Source: an uncultured Chloroflexia bacterium
GTDB taxonomy: Bacteria > Chloroflexota > Limnocylindria > Limnocylindrales > CSP1-4
Length of the DNA: 64,000 nucleotides
Direction: 5' to 3'
Assembly: GCA_963746845.1 (NCBI GenBank)
Contig: CAVVCZ010000004.1
Coordinates: forward strand, 960,001-1,024,000
The translations under genes and the position numbers were made by a program. This document shows, piece after piece, positions 55,809 through 64,000 of the stretch. A model generated the notes under the pieces. The model was not told the origin of the DNA. It was given only the letters and a program-made list of their open reading frames with translations, and made no database searches. Within the stretch, counting starts at the first letter, position 1, and every line of letters begins with the position of its first letter.

Positions 55809-56792
55809 ATGAGGCGACTGCGCTGGGGCATCCTCGGACCGGGGCGGATCGCCCCGCGGATCGCCCGGGCACTGACCGACAACCCGCGCGGTGAGCTCCA
55901 TGCGATCGCGAGCCGCGACGCCGATCGCGCGCGTGCTTTCGCGGATCGCCACGGGGCCGCGCGGGTCCATGACGCGTACGACGCGCTGCTGGCCGACCCG
56001 GACATCGACGTCGTGTACGTGGCGCTGCCGAACCATCTCCACGCCCCGTGGACGGTCCGGGCCCTCGACGCCGGCAAGCACGTGCTGTGCGAGAAGCCGG
56101 TCGCCCTGACGATCGAGGAGGTCGACCGGATCATCGCCGCGTCCGAGCGCAACCGACGGATCGCCGTCGAGGCGTTCATGTTCCTCCACCACCCCCAGAC
56201 CCAGCAGGCACTCGAGATCGCCCGTTCGGGGACGCTCGGCCCGCTCCAGGTCGTCAGCGGCGCGTTCTCGTTCCTGATCGCCTACCCGAACGATCCCCGG
56301 CTCGAGCCGGACATGGGCGGCGGGTCGCTGTGGGACGTCGGCTGCTATCCCGTGAGCATGACGCGGCGGATCGCCGGCGAAGAGCCGGACGGGATCGCGG
56401 GGTTCGCCCGGTTCGACGAGCGTGGGGTGGATCGGTCGTTCGTCGGGGAGCTGCGCTTCCCGAGCGGGCTGCTGGCGCACTTCGAGAGCGGATTTGCCGC
56501 CGCCGACCGCGAGCGCCTGGAGATCGTCGGGAGCGATGCCGTGCTCGTCCTCGAGCACCCGTTCCTGCCGGAGCCCGACGGACCGCCGCCGCTCGTGACG
56601 ATCCGCCGCGATGGGGCGACCGAGGTGATCGACGTCCCATCCGTCGACCACTATCGCTGTGAGGTCGACGATCTCCAGGCGGCGATCCTCGACGGCACAT
56701 CGCCCCGCGTCGACCTCGCGTTCAGCCGCGGCACAATCGCGACCCTCGTCGCCCTGGATCGGGCCGCGAGGGCCCCGCTGGTCCCGGCTTGA
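55809..56792 (+). CDS. Gfo/Idh/MocA oxidoreductase
   Basis: Motifs WGILGPGRIA, VYVALPNHLH, HVLCEKP and GGGSLWDVGCYP. Confidence 0.92.
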   Translation: MRRLRWGILGPGRIAPRIARALTDNPRGELHAIASRDADRARAFADRHGAARVHDAYDALLADPDIDVVYVALPNHLHAPWTVRALDAGKHVLCEKPVALTIEEVDRIIAASERNRRIAVEAFMFLHHPQTQQALEIARSGTLGPLQVVSGAFSFLIAYPNDPRLEPDMGGGSLWDVGCYPVSMTRRIAGEEPDGIAGFARFDERGVDRSFVGELRFPSGLLAHFESGFAAADRERLEIVGSDAVLVLEHPFLPEPDGPPPLVTIRRDGATEVIDVPSVDHYRCEVDDLQAAILDGTSPRVDLAFSRGTIATLVALDRAARAPLVPA

Positions 56793-58471
56793 ACCGCCGG
56801 CGGCGCATGGTCGCCGCCACCGGCGTCGTCGCCGTCGTGGCCGTGGTCGCGGTGGCCCTCACCGTGATCGGGTTCGGGCTGGGTCGCGGGATGCCTGGTG
56901 GCGCGAGCGCCGTCCCCCACTTCGTCGACGAGAGCGGTTCGTCGGGCGTCGGGATGACCTACGACGGCGACGCCATCTACAGCACCGGCGGCGGCGTGGC
57001 GGTCCTCGACTGCAATGCCGACCGGCGCCCGGATCTGTACATCGCCGGCGGGAGCAACCCCGCGACCCTCTACCGGAACGAGGGCGCGACGGGCGGGAGC
57101 CTGCGGTTCACGGCCCTTTCGGACCCACTGACCGATCGGACCGGGGTGATCGGCGCCTATCCGCTCGACATCGACGGCGACGGGGTCCCCGATCTCGCGG
57201 TGCTTCGGGCCGACGGCGTGTCGCTCCTGCGGGGCATGGGCTCGTGCGCGTTCACCGACGCGACCGCCGCCCTCGGATTCGACGGCGGCGGGCGCTGGAC
57301 GACGGCGTTCAGCGCGACCTGGGAGGGCACGGCGACGCTGCCGACCCTCGCCCTCGGTCGGTATCTGCAGCTCGAGGCGAACGGCGCCGCGTCCCAGGAC
57401 TGCGACGAGAACGCGCTCGTCCGGCCCGCCGCCGCGACCGCCACGACCTACAGACCGGCCCTCGCGCTCGGTCCGGGATTCTGCAGCCTGTCGATCCTGT
57501 TCAGCGACTGGGATGGGTCCGGCCGGCGCGACCTCCGCGTGTCCAACGACCGCCAGTACTACATCGACGGCCAGGAGCAGCTGTGGCGGGTCGCCCCGGG
57601 TGAGACGCCGCGCCTCTACACCGCCGCGGACGGGTGGCAGACCGTGAAGATCTGGGGCATGGGCATCGCCAGCTACGACGTGACCGGCGACGGCCATCCT
57701 GACGTCTACCTGACGAGCCAGGGCGACAACAAGCTCCAGACGCTGACCGCGGGTCCGACCCAGCCGACCTACCACGACATCGCCCTGGCCAAGGGCGTGA
57801 CGGCCTCGCAGCCGTACACCGGCGGGGACACGCTGCCGTCGACCGCCTGGCACCCGGAGTTCCAGGATGTGAACAACGACGGCCGGATCGACCTGTTCGT
57901 CTCGAAGGGCAACGTCAACGTCATCCCGGACTATGCGGCGAAGGACCCGAGCAACCTCCTCCTGGGCCAGCCGGACGGCACGTTCGCCGAGGGAGCGGAC
58001 GCCGCGGGCATCGTGTCGTTCGACCGTGGACGCGGGGCGGCCCTCGTGGATCTCAACCTCGACGGCCTGCTCGACCTCGTCGAGGTCAACTACGGCCAGC
58101 CGGTCGAGCTGTGGCGGAACGTCGGCGCCGGGTCGGCGACGGCGCCCGCGCCGATGGGCTCGTGGCTCGCCGTCCGTCCGCACCAGACCGGGCCGAACCC
58201 GGACGCGATCGGCGCCCGGATCGAGGTCCGGGCCGGCGATCTCACCCTGACCCGTGAGCTGACGGTCGGCGGGGGCCACGCCGGCGGCCAGCTCGGCTGG
58301 ACCCACCTGGGCCTCGGCGGCGCGTCCGCGGCCGACGTCCGCGTCGTCTGGCCGGACGGGACCGAGGGACCGTGGCAGCACGTGACCGCGAACCAGTTCC
58401 TCGACCTCGAGCGCGGCGCGGCCGCCCCGGTGACGTGGACGCCACCCGCGGCGTCGGCGTCCGCGCCATGA
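56789..58471 (+). CDS. CRTAC1-like FG-GAP repeat protein with a C-terminal ASPIC/UnbV domain
   Basis: N-terminal anchor; repeats DCNADRRPDLY, DIDGDGVPDL, DWDGSGRRDL, DVTGDGHPDVY, DVNNDGRIDLF, DLNLDGLLDL; C-terminal NPDAIGARIEV...HLGLG...VVWPDG. Confidence 0.9.
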   Translation: MNRRRRMVAATGVVAVVAVVAVALTVIGFGLGRGMPGGASAVPHFVDESGSSGVGMTYDGDAIYSTGGGVAVLDCNADRRPDLYIAGGSNPATLYRNEGATGGSLRFTALSDPLTDRTGVIGAYPLDIDGDGVPDLAVLRADGVSLLRGMGSCAFTDATAALGFDGGGRWTTAFSATWEGTATLPTLALGRYLQLEANGAASQDCDENALVRPAAATATTYRPALALGPGFCSLSILFSDWDGSGRRDLRVSNDRQYYIDGQEQLWRVAPGETPRLYTAADGWQTVKIWGMGIASYDVTGDGHPDVYLTSQGDNKLQTLTAGPTQPTYHDIALAKGVTASQPYTGGDTLPSTAWHPEFQDVNNDGRIDLFVSKGNVNVIPDYAAKDPSNLLLGQPDGTFAEGADAAGIVSFDRGRGAALVDLNLDGLLDLVEVNYGQPVELWRNVGAGSATAPAPMGSWLAVRPHQTGPNPDAIGARIEVRAGDLTLTRELTVGGGHAGGQLGWTHLGLGGASAADVRVVWPDGTEGPWQHVTANQFLDLERGAAAPVTWTPPAASASAP

Positions 58472-58507
58472 TCTGAGCCCCAGCCCGATGCACGAGGTCC
58501 CATCGCG

Positions 58508-59890
58508 ATGACGGCCAGCCCGCCCAGACTCGCCGACATCGGCGTTCCCGCGTTCGACGAGCCGTCCGTCCGGCCGGAGCTGCCCGCGGGTCGCCACGCC
58601 CAGCGGATCGAGGCATTGCGGGCCCGGATGCACGCGCGTGGCTACGACCGCCTCGTCGTCTACGCGGACCGCGAGCACAGCGCCTCGATCTCGTTCCTCA
58701 CCGGGTTCGACCCGCGGTTCGAGGAGGCGATCCTCGTCGTGGGGCCCGACGGCGACCCGGCGATCCTCGTCGGCAACGAGTGCTGGGGCATGGCCGGCTC
58801 CGCGCCCCTCCTGATGCGCCGCCACCTCCTCCAGGACCTGAGCCTCCCGAGCCAGCCGCGCGATCGCTCCCGGCCGCTGGCGGAGATCCTCGGCGACGAG
58901 GGCATCACGCGCGGCCGCCGGGTCGGCGTCGTGGGCTGGAAGACGTTCGCGGACCGTTCCGTCATCGAGGTCCCGGCGTTCCTCGTCGACGTGCTGCGCG
59001 GCCGTGTCGGACCGGACGGCCTCGTCGACAACGCGAACGACCTGCTGATCGACCCGGCGGACGGGCTGCGGGTCGTCAACGACGTCGACCAGCTCGCGTT
59101 CTTCGAGTGGGCGGCCACCCAGACCTCCGGCGGCGTCCGGCGCCTGCTCCGCGGCCTGCGGCCCGGGCTGACCGAGCGTGAGGCGGTCCGGCTGCTCGAC
59201 TGGAACGGCACCCCGCTGTCCTGCCACCTGATGCTGACCGCCGGGCCGCGCGCGACGCTCGGCCTGCTGAGCCCGGGCGACCGACCGATCGAGCGCGGCG
59301 ACCGGTTCACGGTCGCCTTCGGCATCTGGGGCGCGCTCAACTGCCGGGCCGGGTTCGTCGTCGAGGACGCCGACGAGCTGCCGGCGGGGATCCGCGACTA
59401 CGTCGACCGGCTCGTCGGCCCGTACTTCGCGGCCGTCGTCGAGTGGTACGGCGCGCTCCGGATCGGGGTCACGGGCGGCGAGCTCCAGGCAGTCATCGAT
59501 CGGCGGCTCGGCGACCCGTTCTTCGGGATCTTCCTGAACCCGGGCCATCAGATCCACCTCGACGAATGGGTGAACTCCCCGATCTTCCGAGACTCGACGA
59601 TCCCTCTCCGATCCGGGATGGCGTTCCAGGTCGACATCATCCCGGCGACGGGCACCGACTACTTCACGACGAACATCGAGGATGGGATCGCGCTCGCGGA
59701 CGACGCGTTGCGCGAGGCGTTCGCGGCCCGCTACCCGGAGGCGTGGGCCCGGATCGTCGCGCGCCGCGCGTTCATGGCCGAGCACCTCGGGCTCGACCTG
59801 CACCCGGACGTGCTGCCGTTCTCGAACCTCCCGGCGTACCTGCCGCCGTTCCTGCTCGCCCCGGACCGCGCGATGACGGTGGCGGCATGA
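58508..59890 (+). CDS. Creatinase/Xaa-Pro peptidase (M24) fold protein, atypical
   Basis: N-domain VVYADREH..FLTGFDPRFEEA; C-domain NPGHQIHLDEW, GMAFQVDIIP and NIEDGIAL. Confidence 0.75.
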   Translation: MTASPPRLADIGVPAFDEPSVRPELPAGRHAQRIEALRARMHARGYDRLVVYADREHSASISFLTGFDPRFEEAILVVGPDGDPAILVGNECWGMAGSAPLLMRRHLLQDLSLPSQPRDRSRPLAEILGDEGITRGRRVGVVGWKTFADRSVIEVPAFLVDVLRGRVGPDGLVDNANDLLIDPADGLRVVNDVDQLAFFEWAATQTSGGVRRLLRGLRPGLTEREAVRLLDWNGTPLSCHLMLTAGPRATLGLLSPGDRPIERGDRFTVAFGIWGALNCRAGFVVEDADELPAGIRDYVDRLVGPYFAAVVEWYGALRIGVTGGELQAVIDRRLGDPFFGIFLNPGHQIHLDEWVNSPIFRDSTIPLRSGMAFQVDIIPATGTDYFTTNIEDGIALADDALREAFAARYPEAWARIVARRAFMAEHLGLDLHPDVLPFSNLPAYLPPFLLAPDRAMTVAA

Positions 59891-60777
59891 GCGCCGCGAG
59901 CGCCGTCGGGCCGATCGTCCGGCTCGGCACCGACCGGATCGCCCTGGAGGTCCTGCCCGAGGTGGGCGCGCGGATCCACCGGCTGACGGTCGACGGGCAC
60001 GACCTCATCCGCACGCCGGCCGACCCGACCCGCCACCTCGATGACCCGTGGTTCTGGGGTAGCTACCCGATGGCGCCCTGGTGCAACCGGATCGCCCCCG
60101 GCCGGACCCTCGTCGCGGGCCATGAGCTGGACCTCGCCCCGAACTTCCCCGACGGGACCGCGATCCACGGCCAGGTCGCACGCGCCGGGTGGCGCCGGGT
60201 GGACGACGGGGCCTTCCGGATCCGGGCGGGCGGCGACGGCTGGCCGTGGCCGTACGAGGTCGAGCAATCCTTCGTGATCGGCGACACGGGCCTGGATCTC
60301 GATCTGCGCCTGACCAACCTCGCCGATGACCCGATGCCCGCCGGGATCGGGTTCCACCCGTGGTTCGTGCGGCCGCTGTCCGTCGCGTTCGCCGCATCGT
60401 CCGTCCACGGCTCCAACCTCGCGACGAATCCGGAGCCCGTGCCGGTCGCCGGCCCGTTCGACCTCCGCCGCCTGCAACCGATGCCCGAGGATCTCGACGC
60501 GACGTGGGTCGACATCGGCGAGCCGCCGATCCGGCTGGCCTGGCCGGCCGTGGGACTGGGCGCGGTCGTCACCTTCGACGCGCCGACCCGCTTCGTGACC
60601 GCCGCGAGCCCGGCTGCCATCGACGCGGTCGCGGTCGAGCCGCAGACCCACGCCCCGGGCGGGATCCGCCGCCTCCTCGAGGGGGAGCCCGGAGGCCTGG
60701 CCCTCCTCGGCGCAGGTGACACGCTGGAGCTGAGCGTCCGGATCGCGTTCAGCGCAGACGCGTCCGCACAAACCTGA
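59887..60777 (+). CDS. Aldose 1-epimerase family protein
   Basis: Motifs MAPWCNRI, AIHG, GIGFHPWF and AVEPQT. Confidence 0.85.
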   Translation: MSAASAVGPIVRLGTDRIALEVLPEVGARIHRLTVDGHDLIRTPADPTRHLDDPWFWGSYPMAPWCNRIAPGRTLVAGHELDLAPNFPDGTAIHGQVARAGWRRVDDGAFRIRAGGDGWPWPYEVEQSFVIGDTGLDLDLRLTNLADDPMPAGIGFHPWFVRPLSVAFAASSVHGSNLATNPEPVPVAGPFDLRRLQPMPEDLDATWVDIGEPPIRLAWPAVGLGAVVTFDAPTRFVTAASPAAIDAVAVEPQTHAPGGIRRLLEGEPGGLALLGAGDTLELSVRIAFSADASAQT

Positions 60778-60812
60778 CAGACCCTGTCCGGGACGGCCCC
60801 GATCATCCCGCC

Positions 60813-61271
60813 ATGGATCGACGGACCCTGCGCGCACAGATCGAGGCCGGCCGGGACCGCTTCGACGGGGCTCTTGCCGGCCTCGGCGACGACGCGATGC
60901 TCGAGCGGATCGACGAGGAGTGGACGCGCAAGGACGTCGTCGCCCACGTCGAGGCGTGGGAGCGTCGCGTCGTCCGACTCTTCGCGGGCCTCCGGACCGG
61001 TGCCCCGATCGACGGGGACGAGGAAACGGACAGCCTGAACGCGCGGCTGTACGTGCAGGACCGGGATCGGTCGCTGGCGGACGTCCGGTCCGGCGAGCGG
61101 GCGGCCTACGAGGCGATGCTCGCCGCGCTAGACGATGCGTCCGATGAGGAGCTGTTCGACCCGAAGCACTTCGTCTGGACCGACGGCGACCCGTTTGCCG
61201 AGTGGTTCCGGGCGAACGGCGACGAGCACTATGACGAGCATCTCGAGCAGCTGACCCGGCCCGCCAGGTAG
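60813..61271 (+). CDS. DinB/ClbS/DfsB-like four-helix bundle protein
   Basis: Motifs WTRKDVVAHVEAWE and EHYDEH. Confidence 0.75.
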   Translation: MDRRTLRAQIEAGRDRFDGALAGLGDDAMLERIDEEWTRKDVVAHVEAWERRVVRLFAGLRTGAPIDGDEETDSLNARLYVQDRDRSLADVRSGERAAYEAMLAALDDASDEELFDPKHFVWTDGDPFAEWFRANGDEHYDEHLEQLTRPAR

Positions 61272-61296
61272 GCCGTGGGGCGGGCGGCGACGGCAC

Positions 61297-62397
61297 TCAG
61301 CCCGCGACGTGCGCCCTCGTGATGTCGGCGACGGTCGGCGTCCCGAGCAGGGTCATCGCGAGCAGCGTCTCGGTCCGCAGGATGTCGAGCGCGCGAGCCA
61401 CGCCCGCTTCGCCGAAGGCCGCGAGCGCCCAAACGATCGGCCGCCCGACGAGCACCCCGCGCGCACCGAGGGCGAGCGCGGTCACGACATCCAGGCCGCG
61501 GCGGATGCCGCCGTCGACCCAGACCTCGAGCCGTCGGTCGACCGCGGCGACGACCTCCTCGAGGGCGCCGGCCGTCGTCACCGTCCGGTCCAGCTGGCGG
61601 GCCCCATGGTTCGACACCACGATCCCGTCGACCCCGTGCTCGACCGCGAGATGGGCGTCCTCGGCCGTCAGGATCCCCTTCAGGAACAGGGGCACACCCG
61701 TCCAGCCGCGGATCGTCGCAAGATCGGACCAGCGGAGACCCTGGTCGAAGGCGTCGACGATGATGTCGTAGCCGCCGTCGGCCGACCCGTCGTGGCTCGC
61801 ATGGTCCGGCCCGCCGTCGGGGAAGTTGCCGTGGCGGACCGACAGGTCGAACCCGCTCCGGAGGTCCCGCTCGCGGTAGCCGAGCACGGGCAGGTCGACG
61901 GTCACGAGGATCGCCCGGTAGCCCGCGGCCTCGGCCCGCTCGACGAGGCTCCGGGTCCGGCCCTGGTCGGCCTGGGTGTAGAGCTGGAACCAGCGCGGCC
62001 CGTCCGGCGCGGCGGCCGCGACCTCCTCGATCGACGCGGTCGACATCGTCGAGACCGTGAACGGCACACCAGTCGACGCGGCGGCCCGGGCGGTCGCGAG
62101 CTCACCCTCGGGATGGGCGAGCCCGTGCGCGGCCATCGGGGCGATCCCGATCGGGAGCGGGACGACGCTTCCGGCCATGGTCGTCGCCGGATCCACCCGG
62201 TTGACGTCGACGAGGACCCGTGGCCGGAGCCGGCGCCGGCGCCATGCCTCCTCGGCCTCGCCGAGCGACAGCTCGTCCCAGGCGCCGCCGGCGACGTAGT
62301 CGTAGGCACCGGGGTCCATGACCGCCCGCGCGAGCGGCTCGAAGTCGGCGAGCCGCACGATCGAGGCGAGGGCGGTCGGCGGGAGGACGGCGGTCAT
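61297..62397 (-). CDS. FMN-dependent alpha-hydroxy acid oxidase/dehydrogenase
   Basis: Motifs YDYVAGGA, WFQLY, LKGIL, VSNHGARQLD and DGGIRRGLD. Confidence 0.93.
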   Translation of the reverse strand: MTAVLPPTALASIVRLADFEPLARAVMDPGAYDYVAGGAWDELSLGEAEEAWRRRRLRPRVLVDVNRVDPATTMAGSVVPLPIGIAPMAAHGLAHPEGELATARAAASTGVPFTVSTMSTASIEEVAAAAPDGPRWFQLYTQADQGRTRSLVERAEAAGYRAILVTVDLPVLGYRERDLRSGFDLSVRHGNFPDGGPDHASHDGSADGGYDIIVDAFDQGLRWSDLATIRGWTGVPLFLKGILTAEDAHLAVEHGVDGIVVSNHGARQLDRTVTTAGALEEVVAAVDRRLEVWVDGGIRRGLDVVTALALGARGVLVGRPIVWALAAFGEAGVARALDILRTETLLAMTLLGTPTVADITRAHVAG

Positions 62398-62408
62398 CGG
62401 GCCCGAGC

Positions 62409-64000
62409 CTAGCCGACGAGGTCGAGGTTGGCGAGGCTCGCGAGCATCGTCTTGCGGCCGACCGCCGGATCCTTGAACGCGACCGTGATCTCCTCGTCGC
62501 TGCGGGTCAGCTTGCTCGTCACGACGATGCCGTCGCCCCATCGCGCATGCCGCACGCGATCGCCGTCGCGGTACTGGCGCTCGCCCGGGATGACCGGCCG
62601 CGGCGGCCGGCTGCCGGTGGGTGCGGGACCGGGCCGGCCGAGCGAACCAGACGGCGCGCCGGCCTCGAACGCCTCGCGCTTCGCGGCGAGGTCGCGGGAC
62701 GGACGGAACGTCTCGCCGGGCGCCGGCCCGCCCGGCCGCCCCACCGGCTCGCGATAGGCCGGCTGGGACGGCGGCCGTCCCGCGCCACCCAGCGGGCGTC
62801 CGAACCGCGTCGTGCCGCGCGCCCCGAACGCCAGGTCCAGGTCGACGTCCAGCCCGGCCGCGCCGGTCGTGAGATCCGGCCCGACCATCAGCTCGGCCGG
62901 GATCTCGAGCAGGAACCGGGACGGCATCGACGCCTGGCCCATCCCCCAGGTCGCGCGTCGCCAGGCGTGCGACAGATAGAGCCGGCGCATCGCCCGGGTC
63001 ATCCCGACGTAGGCGAGCCGGCGCTCCTCCTCGAGCTCCTTCTCGTCGTCGAGCGCCCGGCTGTGCGGGAAGACGCCCTCCTCCAGCCCGGCGATGAACA
63101 CAACCGGGAACTCCAGGCCCTTCGCGGCATGGAGGGTGATCAGCGTGACCGCGTCGGCGTCGCCCTCGTAGGTGTCCTGGTCGGCGACGAGGGCGGTCTC
63201 CTCGAGCAGCCGGTCGAGCGCGTCGATCGGCTCGAGATCGTCGTAGCGGGTCGTGACCGAGCGCAGCTCGAGGAGGTTCGCCCAGCGCTCCTCGCCGTCC
63301 TCCGAGCCGTCGGCCAGCATCGCCCGGTAGCCCGACGCCTCGAGGGTCTCGTCGAGGAGCTCGGGCAGGTTCAGGACGCCGACCCGCGACCGGAGCCGGC
63401 GGATCAAGGCGGCGAAGTCGGCGAGGTTCGTCCGGGCGCGGGGCTGGAGCCCCTCGACGTCGCCGCGACCGGCAGCCTCGATCGCCTCCCAGGTCGTGAT
63501 CCCGTCGCGCAGTGACGCGCCCCGGATCACCTCGATCGTCTTGTCCCCGATCGCCCGCGCCGGGACGTTGATGATCCGCTCGAAGCTGACGCTGTCCGTG
63601 TCACTCCGCAGGACCCGCAGGTAGGCGAGCGCGTCCTTGACCTCGCGCCGGCTGTAGAACCGCGTGCCGCCGACGAGCTGGTAGCGGATCCCGTAGCGAA
63701 GGAACAATTCCTCGATCGCGCGGGACTGGGCGTTCATCCGGTACATGACCGCGATGTCGCGGGCCCGGAGCGTGCCCGCGTCCTCGTCGTCCGCCCGGCG
63801 CGTCAGGACGGATCCGCGGCCGCCGACCAGGCCCTCGACCTGGCGGGCGATCCACTCGGCCTCCTCTTCCTCGTTGTACGCCTCGAACCGCTGGATCTGC
63901 GCCCCGCCCGTCCGGTCGGTCCAGAGCTTCTTGTCGGTCCGCTCCGTGTTGCGGGAGACCACGGCGTGGGCGGCGTCGAGGATCAGCTGGGTCGAGCGGT
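62409..64000 (-). CDS. pcrA: PcrA/UvrD helicase, C-terminal part (5' end outside the window)
   Basis: Motifs MYRMNAQSR, TLHAAKGLEF, EERRLAYVGMTRA and a C-terminal Tudor GDRVRHARWGDG. Confidence 0.95.
   Translation of the reverse strand, partial: RSTQLILDAAHAVVSRNTERTDKKLWTDRTGGAQIQRFEAYNEEEEAEWIARQVEGLVGGRGSVLTRRADDEDAGTLRARDIAVMYRMNAQSRAIEELFLRYGIRYQLVGGTRFYSRREVKDALAYLRVLRSDTDSVSFERIINVPARAIGDKTIEVIRGASLRDGITTWEAIEAAGRGDVEGLQPRARTNLADFAALIRRLRSRVGVLNLPELLDETLEASGYRAMLADGSEDGEERWANLLELRSVTTRYDDLEPIDALDRLLEETALVADQDTYEGDADAVTLITLHAAKGLEFPVVFIAGLEEGVFPHSRALDDEKELEEERRLAYVGMTRAMRRLYLSHAWRRATWGMGQASMPSRFLLEIPAELMVGPDLTTGAAGLDVDLDLAFGARGTTRFGRPLGGAGRPPSQPAYREPVGRPGGPAPGETFRPSRDLAAKREAFEAGAPSGSLGRPGPAPTGSRPPRPVIPGERQYRDGDRVRHARWGDGIVVTSKLTRSDEEITVAFKDPAVGRKTMLASLANLDLVG

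Noticed and set aside
56789-58471. Enediyne biosynthetic cluster suggested by the UnbV domain
   Set aside because: No polyketide synthase or other enediyne cassette genes; the domain is widespread outside such clusters.
55809-62397. Complete oxidative (Weimberg/Dahms) xylose pathway
   Set aside because: No xylonate dehydratase, lactonase or aldolase is visible. The hydroxy-acid oxidase is on the opposite strand behind pcrA.

Overview
A very GC-rich bacterial chromosome segment. Gene style and lipoprotein leaders suggest Chloroflexota or another monoderm, but this is inference only. A minus-strand housekeeping backbone (pcrA, ligA, gatC-gatA, gatB, dnaE, polA, mutM) is interrupted by accessory blocks. 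These blocks are: (i) a xylose locus (xylA, xylB, xylFHG, ROK regulator) with a divergent four-gene operon (Gfo/Idh/MocA dehydrogenase, CRTAC1/ASPIC-UnbV FG-GAP protein, a pita-bread-fold M24/creatinase-like protein, aldose epimerase); (ii) a LacI, sugar ABC and GH116 locus with two operator palindromes; (iii) a BMP-type nucleoside ABC transporter; (iv) an aminoalcohol kinase / phospho-lyase pair; (v) a cyclase-STAND-TPR protein; and (vi) a large secreted sugar-dehydrogenase/PKD protein. One tRNA-Leu(CAA) is present. I found no CRISPR array, integrase or transposase. Several genes carry frameshifts that look like long-read indel errors (polA, a GMC oxidoreductase, one permease start, and a sugar-binding protein with roughly 15 shifts). 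The best candidates for something new are the xylose-linked CRTAC1/M24-like operon, a ~456-bp structured non-coding element bounded by inverted repeats at 44.0-44.5 kb, and a recurring leaderless promoter pattern on the core genes. All calls come from reading motifs by eye; no database search was run.
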